Shown here piece by piece: positions 1 to 10,051 of a stretch of 64,000 nucleotides of DNA. Below the pieces are notes generated by a model. The model saw nothing but the letters and a program-made list of their open reading frames with translations, made no database searches and had not been told where the DNA came from. The stretch covers positions 63 to 64,062 of the forward strand of contig WFMW01000028.1 of the NCBI GenBank assembly GCA_015488885.1, given 5' to 3'. Numbering within the stretch: position 1 is the stretch's first letter; every line of letters starts with the position of its first letter. The position numbers and the translations under genes were made by a program. Source of the DNA: Gammaproteobacteria bacterium (lineage in GTDB: Bacteria > Pseudomonadota > Gammaproteobacteria > SZUA-229).

Positions 1-1
1 C

Positions 2-223
2 TGTCATGTTGCCAGAGCGGTATGCCGCCGGGTAGAGCGCAGCCTGGTTGGCGTGCATCATCAACAGCCGCTCAACCCGCATTTGCTGGCCTATTTTAAT
101 CGCCTGTCTGATTTTTTATTTGTACTGGCACGGTTGATCAGTAAACAGCAAGGGGAGGCGGAAACCTACTGGCAATCGGAAAGGCTTCAGTGCGGGCATA
201 AAGACAAAGATTCAGGCTCCTGA
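2..223 (+). CDS. pduO: 3' end of PduO-type cob(I)alamin adenosyltransferase (5'-truncated by window edge)
   Basis: Hand translation from base 2: CHVARAVCRRVERSLV...LAYFNRLSDFLFVLAR, the PduO C-terminal signature; TGA at 221-223. Confidence 0.85.
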   Translation, partial: CHVARAVCRRVERSLVGVHHQQPLNPHLLAYFNRLSDFLFVLARLISKQQGEAETYWQSERLQCGHKDKDSGS

Positions 224-331
224 TCAATGCATTAGTACAGGTCTTAATCCAGATCTTGAACCAGTTAATAACTTCAGGGATACTCTGAATTCTATACTAT
301 ACTCTATTTTATTTTTTCAGGTATCTTTCAC

Positions 332-1132
332 ATGGTATTTATCAAACGTCTATTTTCAATAATAACTTTCCTGCTTGTTCTGCTTTTTTCCATTAACAGT
401 TTTGCTGTCATTGACAATATATCTTCAGCCATAAATATAGCCGGCCGACAGCGAATGCTTTCGCAGCGCATTGTAGCAACCTATAGCCAGATTGGTCAGC
501 AGATATTGATTAAAAAAAGCAGGAAACAACTGCGCGATGCGATCAATCTGTTTGATAAGCAGTTGATTGAACTTAAAGATTATCGTAAAACCGGAAAGAT
601 AAATAAACAGCTCCAGCGTGTTACCAGAGTTTGGGCATTAATGAAAAAAATAGCAGTAGCTCCGGTTGAACGTGCTAAAGCAGAGGAGCTTAGAATGCGT
701 GCTGAAGATGTATTGCATGCTTCTAATCGGGTGGTGATTATGTTGCAGGATGAATCGGGGACAAAGAAGGGGCATCTGATTAATATTTCTGGCCGACAAC
801 GGATGCTCTCGCAACGGCTGGCTAATTTATACACATTACAAAGCTGGGGGTTCACCAGCTCGGAATATTCTGACGATTATTCCAGTGCATTAAATGAATT
901 TAAAGGTGCTCTGGCTGAATTAAGAGCATCAAAATTGAACACAAAAGTAATCAATAAAAAACTGGATATGGCAAAAACAGAGTTTGATATGTTTAAACGC
1001 AGTTCACATTATAAAGATAGATATATTCCTCTAATGATAAAAATGTCAGCAGACAAGTTATTAACTTTAATGAATAATATAACATACCTCTATGAAAATC
1101 TGGGTGGTGAAAACCAGACGTCAGGCTCATAA
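332..1132 (+). CDS. Exported protein with two tandem PilJ/NarX-like N-terminal sensor domains and no output domain
   Basis: Hydrophobic signal peptide ending ..NSFA; repeated motif INIAGRQRMLSQRI / INISGRQRMLSQRL. Confidence 0.75.
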   Translation: MVFIKRLFSIITFLLVLLFSINSFAVIDNISSAINIAGRQRMLSQRIVATYSQIGQQILIKKSRKQLRDAINLFDKQLIELKDYRKTGKINKQLQRVTRVWALMKKIAVAPVERAKAEELRMRAEDVLHASNRVVIMLQDESGTKKGHLINISGRQRMLSQRLANLYTLQSWGFTSSEYSDDYSSALNEFKGALAELRASKLNTKVINKKLDMAKTEFDMFKRSSHYKDRYIPLMIKMSADKLLTLMNNITYLYENLGGENQTSGS

Positions 1133-1141
1133 AAAAACATT

Positions 1142-2041
1142 ATGCCAGGAATCGGTATTGATTTAGGCGGCACGAAAATCGAAGGTATTGCATTAAGCAA
1201 TACCGGTGAGGAACTGTTCCGCCATCGCATTGCCACGCCGCAGGGCGATTATACGGCAACGCTGCAATCCATTAATAATCTGGTTGGTTTGATTGAAAAG
1301 ACTATCGGTGAATCAGCAAGTATTGGCATTGCAACGCCGGGCGCGTTATCACCGGCAAGCGGTTTGATGCGTAATGCCAACTCTGTATGTTTGAATGGCA
1401 AACCGCTGCTCGATGATTTACAGCAACATCTGGGGCGGGAAATTCGTCTGGCCAATGATGCCAACTGTTTTGCATTGTCCGAGGCTGTCGATGGGGCGGC
1501 AAAAGCTGCTGATGTTGTGTTTGGCGTGATTATTGGTACCGGTACCGGGGCAGGCATTGTGATCAATAAAAAAGTCCTGACCGGCTCGAATGCCATTGCC
1601 GGGGAATGGGGGCATAACCCTTTACCCTGGCCACAGGATGGTGAGTTACCTGGCCGCCCATGTTACTGTGGCAAACGGGGGTGTATCGAAACCTGGTTAT
1701 CCGGGCCGGGCATGGCAGCAGATCATCTTGCGCTTCATCATGTAAGTTGTACGCCGCAAATGCTGGTGGTAGAGGCGGCAAAAGGCAATACAAAGGCAGA
1801 GCAGACCTTGCAACGCTATGAGCACCGGCTGGCCAGAAGCCTGGCGCATATTATTAATATCCTTGATCCTGATGCGATTGTACTGGGCGGTGGTATGGGC
1901 AATATCCAGCGCCTGTATAAAAATGTACCTGCGTTGTGGGGAGACTATATTTTTTCCGATGTGGTCAGGACGCAACTGCTGGCACCGGCGTATGGTGATT
2001 CTTCCGGTGTGCGTGGGGCAGCGTGGTTATGGGGGAGGTAG
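1142..2041 (+). CDS. mak: ROK-family sugar kinase (fructokinase/Mak-like)
   Basis: GIDLGGTKIE, NDANCFALSEA, GEWGH, CYCGKRGCIET motifs. Confidence 0.85.
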   Translation: MPGIGIDLGGTKIEGIALSNTGEELFRHRIATPQGDYTATLQSINNLVGLIEKTIGESASIGIATPGALSPASGLMRNANSVCLNGKPLLDDLQQHLGREIRLANDANCFALSEAVDGAAKAADVVFGVIIGTGTGAGIVINKKVLTGSNAIAGEWGHNPLPWPQDGELPGRPCYCGKRGCIETWLSGPGMAADHLALHHVSCTPQMLVVEAAKGNTKAEQTLQRYEHRLARSLAHIINILDPDAIVLGGGMGNIQRLYKNVPALWGDYIFSDVVRTQLLAPAYGDSSGVRGAAWLWGR

Positions 2042-2240
2042 AATCACTATTTTATCTGCCATAAACTCTGTTCTGGTAATACGTGTTTCAAGCTGAGTTT
2101 TTAGATATCTGGCTTTAAAACACTTTTAATATAGAGTGTCTGAGAGTGGTTCTTACAGGTTGTGCTGAGGGCGACTTGAAGGTTAAATTAGAGTAAGATT
2201 TAAAGCTTTCATTTTCTACTAATAGCAGCTTGGGAGCGTC

Positions 2241-5200
2241 ATGCAGGTTTTTATCGGTTCATCCGCCTTATCACCATTTCGGTTAAAAAAACGTTTACTG
2301 GAAATACAGCAGCAGGTACCACAGCTCGCGTCTATCAGTGCCCATTATGTGCATTTTGTCGATCTGAATGCAGAACTGGATGAGGCCGCTGCGGATATTC
2401 TGCGTCAGTTACTTACTTACGGGCCGGTACCTGACAGCACGGTAGCGGATGGCCAGCTGTTTCTGGTAACCCCGCGAGCGGGAACCATTTCACCGTGGTC
2501 ATCGAAGGCAACCGAGATTAGCCATAACTGTAATTTGACGGCGATAGAACGTATCGAACGTGGCATTGCCTATCATCTGATCTGCAAACAGGGTTATGTG
2601 ATCAGTGAGGATGATAAGACCGCAGTTGCCGCGCTGTTGCATGACCGTATGACTGAAATGGTACTGGCGGATTTTGCTGAGGCTGAATGTCTGTTTGCAC
2701 ATCATCAACCACAACACGGTGAAACCATCGATGTGTTGAAAGGTGGTATCGAAGCGTTAAAAGTGGCCAATTCGCATCTCGGGATGGCGCTTTCAAAAGA
2801 TGAAATGGGCTATTTGCTGGACTTTTTCAGCTCGATGAAACGCAATCCGACGGATGCGGAATTAATGATGTTTGCGCAGGCCAATTCGGAACACTGTCGG
2901 CACAAGATTTTTAATGCCGACTGGGTTATTGATGGCGCAAAACAGCATGATTCCCTGTTCAGCATGATACGTAATACTTATGCAACGCATCCCGACAATG
3001 TATTAAGTGCCTATCATGATAATTCAGCCGTCATCACCGGGCATAATGCGGCACGTTTCACCGTTGATCAGCAGTCCGGGCAGTATCAGTATCACGATGA
3101 AGCGGTGGCTATTTTGATGAAAGTGGAAACCCATAATCATCCCACGGCTATTTCACCTTTTCCAGGTGCGGCTACCGGTTCCGGCGGAGAGATTCGCGAT
3201 GAAGGCGCGACCGGACGTGGTTCCAAACCGAAGGCGGGAATGTGTGGTTTTTCGGTATCAAATCTGAAAATACCAGGGTTTCGCCAACCCTGGGAACAGA
3301 AATACGGGAAACCGGAACGCATTGCCTCGGCGCTGGATATTATGCTGGAAGGCCCCATCGGGGCGGCGGCATTCAATAATGAATTTGGCAGGCCGAATAT
3401 CAACGGCTATTTTCGTACTTTTGAACAGACCATCAAAACTGACAGTGGTGAAGAGGTACGCGGCTATCATAAACCGATTATGCTTGCTGGCGGCTACGGC
3501 AATATTCGTCAGGATCATATTGAAAAAAATACTATCCCAGCGAGAACCCCGGTTATTGTTCTTGGTGGCCCGGCAATGTTAATCGGCCTGGGTGGTGGCG
3601 CGGCTTCGTCGATGGCCAGTGGCAGCAGTGCCGAAAATCTGGATTTTGCGTCGGTGCAACGCGGTAACCCTGAAATGGAGCGCCGTTGTCAGGAAGTGAT
3701 TGACGGCTGCTGGATGCAGGGTGAAGACAATCCGATTATTTCGATTCATGATGTGGGGGCGGGTGGTCTGTCGAACGCGTTGCCGGAGCTGGTTTACGAT
3801 GGTGGCTGTGGCGCGGAATTTGAAATTCGCGAAGTGCATAATGATGAACCGGGCATGACCCCGATGCAGATCTGGTGCAATGAGTCGCAGGAACGTTACG
3901 TGCTGGCAGTGGACAAAGACCGTCTTGATGATTTTATTGCCCTGTGTCAGCGCGAGCGTTGTCCTTATGCGGTACTCGGTCAGACCACAAAAAACCTGCA
4001 GCTAAAAGTGCATGACGCGCATTTTGACAATTACCCGGTGGATATGCCGCTGGATGTGCTGCTGGGTAAACCACCGAAAATGCTACGCAAGGTCAAACAT
4101 ACTCGGGTAGAACAACCCACCTTTGATGTCAGTGATATTGATATTACCCAGGCCGCCTTTAATGTCTTAAATCTGCCTGCAGTGGCAAATAAAATGTTTT
4201 TAATCAGCATTGGTGATCGTTCGGTAACCGGTATGGTAAGTCGCGATCAGCTGGTGGGGCCCTGGCAGGTACCGGTTGCCGATGTCGCCGTGACCACGTC
4301 ATCGTTCAGGGGATATTGTGGTGAAGCCATGGCGATGGGGGAACGCACGCCGCTGGCATTACTCAATGGCCCGGCTTCTGCACGGATGGCTATCGGTGAA
4401 GCGATTACCAATATTATGGCCGCACCCATTGCCAGACTGTCGGATATAAAACTGTCCGCAAACTGGATGGCACCGGCGGGTCACAATGGTGAAGATGCCA
4501 ATCTGTATGACACGGTAAAAGCGGTGGGCATGGAGTTGTGCCCGCAACTGGGGCTGACCATACCCGTGGGTAAAGATTCCATGTCAATGAAAACCCTGTG
4601 GACGGAAACCGGTACTGATGGCAAAACGGAAAACAAAGCTGTGACGGCACCGTTATCGTTAATTATTTCCGCGTTTGCCCCAGTTACCGATGTGCGTAAA
4701 ACCTTAACCCCGCAACTGAATACCGAGCTTGAAAGTATTCTGGTACTGGTGCATCTGGCCGATGGACAACAGCGTCTTGGTGGTTCAGCGTTAGCCCAAA
4801 CTTGCCAGCAGACCGGTCATGAAGCACCGGACATGGACGATATTGAATTATTTAAAACCTTCTTTGAAGTATTTCAGTCACTGAATCAACAGGGGCTGAT
4901 TCTGGCCTGGCATGACCGTTCGGATGGCGGTTTGTTTGCCTGCCTGTGTGAAATGGCATTCACCGGTCACTGCGGTTTAGATGTGCATCTTGATACTAGA
5001 AATGGCGATGTCATCAGTGCGCTGTTCAATGAAGAACTCGGCGGGGTCATGCAGGTTGCAACCGAAAATATTGATGTTGTCTGCGAGTTTTTTGAGCGTG
5101 CAGGCCTGTCTCATTTTGTGAGCGACATAGGCACGCTGAAAATGGACGATCGGATAACCATTTATAATGAAGAACTTCCGGTTTTCTCTGCGACACGTTC

Positions 5201-6137
5201 TTCCCTGCAGCAGACCTGGAGCCAGACCAGCTATCGGATGCAGGCATTACGTGATAATCCAGCGTGTGCGCAACAGGAATTTGATACTATCAAGGAAAAA
5301 GATAAGGGGCTACGGGTGAATACGAGTTTTGATATCAATGAAGATATCGCTGCCCCTTATATTAAAACTGGCGTGTCACCGCAAATTGCTATTTTGCGCG
5401 AACAGGGGGTCAATGGCCAGCTGGAAATGGCCGCTGCATTTGACCGTGCCGGGTTTACCACCGTTGATGTGCACATGAGCGATATTATCAGTGGCAAACA
5501 GAGGCTGGATAATTTCCGCGGGCTGGTTGCCTGCGGTGGTTTTTCCTATGGTGATGTATTAGGTGCCGGTGAAGGCTGGGCAAAAAGTATTCTGTTTAAT
5601 CATCGCGCTCGAGATGTGTTCGCCGCTTATTTTGAGCGTCAGGATACATTCAGTCTGGGGGTATGTAACGGCTGCCAGATGATGGCAAATATCAAGCAAC
5701 TGATTCCCGGTGCGCAACACTGGCCGCATTTTGTCCGCAACCTGTCCGACCAGTTCGAAGCCCGCTTCAGCCTGGTGGAAGTGATGGACTCCGCATCCAT
5801 ATTATTGCAGGGTATGGCGGGTTCGCAAATACCGGTTGTTATTGCTCATGGTGAAGGTCGTGCTGAATACCATAGTGACGAGCAATACCAGCAGGTTAAA
5901 ACCAGTTTGCGTTATATCGACCATCAGTTACAGCATACCGAGCAGTATCCGTTTAACCCCAATGGTTCGGCAGGAGGATTAACCGGTTTTACCAGTGAAG
6001 ATGGTCGCGCCACCATTATGATGCCGCACCCGGAACGCGGCTTTCGCAGTGTGCAACATTCCTGGCATCCTGACGACTGGAATGAGGATGCCCCATGGAT
6101 GCGTTTGTTCCGTAATGCGCGGGTCTGGGTTGGTTAG
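2241..6137 (+). CDS. purL: Phosphoribosylformylglycinamidine synthase (large-type PurL)
   Basis: 1298 aa; [57 protein letters not shown]. Confidence 0.98.
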   Translation: MQVFIGSSALSPFRLKKRLLEIQQQVPQLASISAHYVHFVDLNAELDEAAADILRQLLTYGPVPDSTVADGQLFLVTPRAGTISPWSSKATEISHNCNLTAIERIERGIAYHLICKQGYVISEDDKTAVAALLHDRMTEMVLADFAEAECLFAHHQPQHGETIDVLKGGIEALKVANSHLGMALSKDEMGYLLDFFSSMKRNPTDAELMMFAQANSEHCRHKIFNADWVIDGAKQHDSLFSMIRNTYATHPDNVLSAYHDNSAVITGHNAARFTVDQQSGQYQYHDEAVAILMKVETHNHPTAISPFPGAATGSGGEIRDEGATGRGSKPKAGMCGFSVSNLKIPGFRQPWEQKYGKPERIASALDIMLEGPIGAAAFNNEFGRPNINGYFRTFEQTIKTDSGEEVRGYHKPIMLAGGYGNIRQDHIEKNTIPARTPVIVLGGPAMLIGLGGGAASSMASGSSAENLDFASVQRGNPEMERRCQEVIDGCWMQGEDNPIISIHDVGAGGLSNALPELVYDGGCGAEFEIREVHNDEPGMTPMQIWCNESQERYVLAVDKDRLDDFIALCQRERCPYAVLGQTTKNLQLKVHDAHFDNYPVDMPLDVLLGKPPKMLRKVKHTRVEQPTFDVSDIDITQAAFNVLNLPAVANKMFLISIGDRSVTGMVSRDQLVGPWQVPVADVAVTTSSFRGYCGEAMAMGERTPLALLNGPASARMAIGEAITNIMAAPIARLSDIKLSANWMAPAGHNGEDANLYDTVKAVGMELCPQLGLTIPVGKDSMSMKTLWTETGTDGKTENKAVTAPLSLIISAFAPVTDVRKTLTPQLNTELESILVLVHLADGQQRLGGSALAQTCQQTGHEAPDMDDIELFKTFFEVFQSLNQQGLILAWHDRSDGGLFACLCEMAFTGHCGLDVHLDTRNGDVISALFNEELGGVMQVATENIDVVCEFFERAGLSHFVSDIGTLKMDDRITIYNEELPVFSATRSSLQQTWSQTSYRMQALRDNPACAQQEFDTIKEKDKGLRVNTSFDINEDIAAPYIKTGVSPQIAILREQGVNGQLEMAAAFDRAGFTTVDVHMSDIISGKQRLDNFRGLVACGGFSYGDVLGAGEGWAKSILFNHRARDVFAAYFERQDTFSLGVCNGCQMMANIKQLIPGAQHWPHFVRNLSDQFEARFSLVEVMDSASILLQGMAGSQIPVVIAHGEGRAEYHSDEQYQQVKTSLRYIDHQLQHTEQYPFNPNGSAGGLTGFTSEDGRATIMMPHPERGFRSVQHSWHPDDWNEDAPWMRLFRNARVWVG

Positions 6138-6196
6138 AAGAGAAGTTGGCAGTTTGCAGTTGGCAGAAAAGGCTATCTCGTTTGTATATCTCGTTT

Positions 6197-6260
6197 GCTC
6201 TGCGTGGGAATGCATACGTGGCGGTCAACGCAAGCTGTGGTATGGGTTACCACGCAGAGC
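6197..6260. repeat. Degenerate REP/REPIN-like inverted pair downstream of purL
   Basis: GCTCTGCGTGG(GAATGCA) at 6197-6207 and its exact reverse complement CCACGCAGAGC at 6250-6260. Confidence 0.6.
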
Positions 6261-6379
6261 ATGGGTACCAGTAAAAATGTGATAACTGTCTGTTAAATTT
6301 ATCCTTAAAATCTGGAACATTTAATTCTGGATTGTGTCTTAAATAAAATCAGCTAAAAAATCAACCCTTGAGACGCACG

Positions 6380-7330
6380 ATGGCAGTTATGATAAAAGTG
6401 ACGGATACCATTAAATCATCTGAAATTACCCCCAAAGATGTTTATCTGAATCGCCGTAAATTTATGCAGCAAACCATGGCAGGAAGTTTGCTGTTTGCCA
6501 GTGGCGCATGGTTACCGGCGTGGGCTAAACAGTGGCCGGATTTGTCAGTCAGTACCTATAGCAGCCATGACAAAATCAATTCCTTTAAAGATATTACCAG
6601 CTATAATAATTTTTATGAGTTTGGTACCAGCAAGCAGGATCCGGCTCGTCAGGCAAAATCTTTTAATCCTCGCCCCTGGTCAATAAGAGTTAGCGGGGAG
6701 TGTGACAAAACCGGTGATTATGATATTGATGACTTTCTCAAACCGGTCGGCTTGCAGGAATATATTTACCGTTTGCGCTGTGTTGAGGGCTGGTCAATGG
6801 TTATTCCGTGGGTGGGATTTTCACTGGCAGAGATGCTGAAAGGTTTTCAGCCGAACTCAAAAGCAAAGTATGTTGAATTTACCACCTTGCTGGATAAATC
6901 ACATATGCCCGGGCAAAAACGCCGGGTGTTGCACTGGCCTTATGTCGAAGGATTACGCATGGATGAAGCCTTGCATCCACTACCGATTATGGCAGTCGGT
7001 TTGTATGGCGAGTTATTACCGAATCAGAATGGTGCCCCCATCAGACTGATCGTGCCATGGAAGTACGGCTTTAAGAGTATTAAATCCATTGTCAAAATAC
7101 GTTTTACCGAAACACAACCCGAAACCACCTGGCATATGACCAATCCCCGGGAGTACGGGTTTTATGCCAATGTGAATCCCCATGTGGATCACCCGCGCTG
7201 GAGCCAGAAAAAAGAACGTGTCATCGGTGAGTCATTCTGGAAACCCAAACGTGCGACACAGATGTTTAATGGTTATGCGGAACAGGTAGCACACTTATAT
7301 ACAGGTATGGATTTAAAAAAATATTTTTAA
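6380..7330 (+). CDS. msrP: Protein-methionine-sulfoxide reductase catalytic subunit MsrP (start may be 6380 or 6389)
   Basis: SSEITP, Tat motif NRRKFM, YNNFYEFG, RLRCVEGWSMVIPW, GAPIRLIVPWKYGFKSIK. Confidence 0.95.
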   Translation: MAVMIKVTDTIKSSEITPKDVYLNRRKFMQQTMAGSLLFASGAWLPAWAKQWPDLSVSTYSSHDKINSFKDITSYNNFYEFGTSKQDPARQAKSFNPRPWSIRVSGECDKTGDYDIDDFLKPVGLQEYIYRLRCVEGWSMVIPWVGFSLAEMLKGFQPNSKAKYVEFTTLLDKSHMPGQKRRVLHWPYVEGLRMDEALHPLPIMAVGLYGELLPNQNGAPIRLIVPWKYGFKSIKSIVKIRFTETQPETTWHMTNPREYGFYANVNPHVDHPRWSQKKERVIGESFWKPKRATQMFNGYAEQVAHLYTGMDLKKYF

Positions 7331-7332
7331 AT

Positions 7333-8088
7333 ATGCCATTAACACCTTCATCAACCCTGTTAAGCTATATTATCAAGCCACTGGTTTTCAGCCTGTGTTT
7401 ACTGCCTTTTATATTGCTGCTGGTCAATATTATCAATGATAATCTGAGCACCAATCCAGTGGAAACACTGACTCATGTTACGGGTGACTGGGGGTTACGT
7501 TTTTTACTTATTACGCTTGCGGTTACGCCGCTACGAAAACTGTCCGGCCTGAACTGGCTGTTGAAGTTGCGCCGTATGTTCGGGTTATTTGTTTTTTTTT
7601 ATGCCTGTTTGCATTTTTTAACCTATCTCTGGTTCGACCAGAATTTTGACTGGCAGGCTATTTTGCATGATATTCCCAAACGGCCTTTTATTACCATCGG
7701 CTTTGCTGCGTTTGCCCTGCTGGTACCACTGGCTGTGACCTCGACCCATGGTATGCAGCGTCGCCTGAAAAAGAACTGGATACGTTTGCACAAACTGGTT
7801 TATATTATTGCGATTTTTGCCGTTATACATTTTATCTGGCTGGTTAAAGCCGATATTTCAGAACCACTTGTATATGCGCTGGGTCTGGCTTTGCTGTTTC
7901 TGTTCAGGCTGTATCTTTCTATCTACAGCAAACCCAGACAAACGGCTAAAAATAATATTTCAGATCTATCTGCGCAAAATCATCAAACCGGAAGGCAAAC
8001 AACGGACGGGATATTTTTGTACCGTGAAAGGCCCGCAACTCAGCTTCCAGTGTCCAGCTCTCGCCCAGCCGACGAGAGGCCTCGATAA
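7333..8088 (+). CDS. msrQ: Heme-binding membrane subunit MsrQ with an atypical hydrophilic C-terminal extension
   Basis: TGDWGLRFLLITLAVTP, RRMFGL, YACLHF, KRPFITIG, LHKLVY; directly follows msrP. Confidence 0.92.
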   Translation: MPLTPSSTLLSYIIKPLVFSLCLLPFILLLVNIINDNLSTNPVETLTHVTGDWGLRFLLITLAVTPLRKLSGLNWLLKLRRMFGLFVFFYACLHFLTYLWFDQNFDWQAILHDIPKRPFITIGFAAFALLVPLAVTSTHGMQRRLKKNWIRLHKLVYIIAIFAVIHFIWLVKADISEPLVYALGLALLFLFRLYLSIYSKPRQTAKNNISDLSAQNHQTGRQTTDGIFLYRERPATQLPVSSSRPADERPR

Positions 8089-9181
8089 AACTGCCTAAAG
8101 ATTGTGTGTTGGCATCGGTGACAATACCTGCAAGGATTTCGGTTGACTGGGCATCGTTGAAGACAAAACGTAAAGCGGTAGCCAGGTCGTTATCAAAGAT
8201 GGTTTGATGGATATGCTGATCGCTGTAATGGTATTCCACAACAAAACCAAGATCCATGATGGAATCCAGTACACCAACCAGGGTGTATTCAAACCCGCCA
8301 ACGGTTTTAAAACTTTTGGTTCCCCGTTTTTTTCCACTGCGTACTTCTGCTGCAGCGGCTTCCAGTTTCCATGTCCAGTCACCGACAAAAGCCTGACCAT
8401 CAAAACCAAGCTGATTGATTAAAGAATAAACCGGGACTACTGTAGTGGGACGACCCAGAGGATTAAATGCAACTGGCACAAAGTCCGTGGGTTCACGATC
8501 AACCCCACTGAACAGTGATACACCAAATTCAATATTGTCACCAGAGTATGAATAGCGCAGGGCATAATCAATATGATGTTTTCCAGCACTGAAATCATAA
8601 ACAGCCGGACGACCGGTATCGATAACAATGGCGGGTCGGGGGCGGCCTTCTACACCAGGGTAAGTACGTTCACGAAAACCGGGGAGAATAAATATATCCA
8701 GACTGCCCCAGTCACGTTCAGTACTGGCTTTTATCATTGGCTGCCCGAGTTTGTCTTCACCATCAACATCTTCCACCTGATCAGTTTGGTTGATAATATC
8801 GACCAAATGCTGGGTTTCTGTTACCCCCCAGAAAACCTTGCTGATACCAGCGCGTATTTCCCAGTTCTGTAATACATCTGTCCAGGATAACTCACGTATA
8901 TCAGCATGGGTGCGCTGTTTATCATACTGATCCTTGCGATAAAACAGTTTTACTTCTACGTTCTGTTTATCATTATCCCAGCTTTGGTAAAAGTCGGGTT
9001 CGACCACGCCCGACAGGTAGTTATTATGTTGTTCGGGAATACCGGGGTTGTTAAAAAATGATCGGATCTGAGCCCCTACGTACCCTGATAAATCGCCCGC
9101 GATGGCAATATTTATATCGACAATACTGGCAGTAAGTACACTGAACAGAATAGCTGGAAACAGCAGAACGCCGGTTTTCAT
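7946..9181 (-). CDS. Putative outer-membrane beta-barrel protein of an MMPL cassette
   Basis: Signal peptide, C-terminal AQIDLKYYF barrel-type ending, WGVTETQHLVDIINQTD motif; third gene of the MMPL/LolA-like unit. Confidence 0.65.
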   Translation of the reverse strand: MKTGVLLFPAILFSVLTASIVDINIAIAGDLSGYVGAQIRSFFNNPGIPEQHNNYLSGVVEPDFYQSWDNDKQNVEVKLFYRKDQYDKQRTHADIRELSWTDVLQNWEIRAGISKVFWGVTETQHLVDIINQTDQVEDVDGEDKLGQPMIKASTERDWGSLDIFILPGFRERTYPGVEGRPRPAIVIDTGRPAVYDFSAGKHHIDYALRYSYSGDNIEFGVSLFSGVDREPTDFVPVAFNPLGRPTTVVPVYSLINQLGFDGQAFVGDWTWKLEAAAAEVRSGKKRGTKSFKTVGGFEYTLVGVLDSIMDLGFVVEYHYSDQHIHQTIFDNDLATALRFVFNDAQSTEILAGIVTDANTQSLGSFIEASRRLGESWTLEAELRAFHGTKISRPLFAFRFDDFAQIDLKYYF

Positions 9182-9199
9182 TTTTCCCTGTTATGAATA

Positions 9200-10012
9200 T
9201 TAGCGAGCGCGTTTTAAACTATTACGGCTAAAGTCTCTGCGAGTAAAACCGTTTTTAAAATGGTAGTTTTTCCAGGTTAACAAAGTGCTTTTTCCTGACT
9301 GGTGATTTTCCATTAACATTTGATCCGGGCGCCAGTAGCGGTTTAAATATTGCTTTTCATTGATATTCGTCAGTGTTTTAAGCAGGGTGTTTTTACGGTC
9401 GTAAAAGTCGATTTTTTCTGCAATATATCTGTCCTTGTTGATCCAGGCAACTTCCCGGGTATAGCCGGAATGGGCATAGGTCGGGTAACGTTCCACCACA
9501 AAGCAGTCCACGCCCTGAGGAAATTCACGGGTTTTTATTTTTTCGTCACGCAGATATTTATAGGTATATTTTTTAACTTCCTGCGAGGACAAATCTTCAT
9601 AGGCAAATTCACTGCCCATAAAGGGCCCGGACTTGTTTTTTGAATTAATACGCTTGACCCGGCGTAGCGCGGGCAAGTATAACCATTGCTCATCCGGTTT
9701 AAGTGCATGTGAATAAGTTAAAAAAGCCGTACCTTTTACATCGGCAGGTTTATCAAAGATAGACAGGGATTTATCACCATCATTGGCGACTTCAAGGGTT
9801 TTAATACGAATATAACGTGTGCTGACATCCCCCTGCTTATTACGCAGTTCCATGATTAAATCTGCTTTTGAATCAACAAAGCCGTTATCACGTTTGTCTG
9901 CTTCTACTGCAATAGCAAGGCCTTTTTCAGCAGCAGTCTGTGCCTGTGCGCATGGCAGCAGCAGGCCATAGCCGGTTATCATCAGCAGTATGCCGGTACT
10001 TATTAATCTCAT
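9200..10012 (-). CDS. Outer-membrane lipoprotein-sorting (LolA-like) periplasmic protein
   Basis: Signal peptide; PADVKGTAFL, DEQWLYLPALRRVKRI, FMGSEFAYEDL. Confidence 0.85.
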   Translation of the reverse strand: MRLISTGILLMITGYGLLLPCAQAQTAAEKGLAIAVEADKRDNGFVDSKADLIMELRNKQGDVSTRYIRIKTLEVANDGDKSLSIFDKPADVKGTAFLTYSHALKPDEQWLYLPALRRVKRINSKNKSGPFMGSEFAYEDLSSQEVKKYTYKYLRDEKIKTREFPQGVDCFVVERYPTYAHSGYTREVAWINKDRYIAEKIDFYDRKNTLLKTLTNINEKQYLNRYWRPDQMLMENHQSGKSTLLTWKNYHFKNGFTRRDFSRNSLKRAR

Positions 10013-10051
10013 TAAGTGTCTCCAGAACTTTTATTGTACTTCAATATCGTG

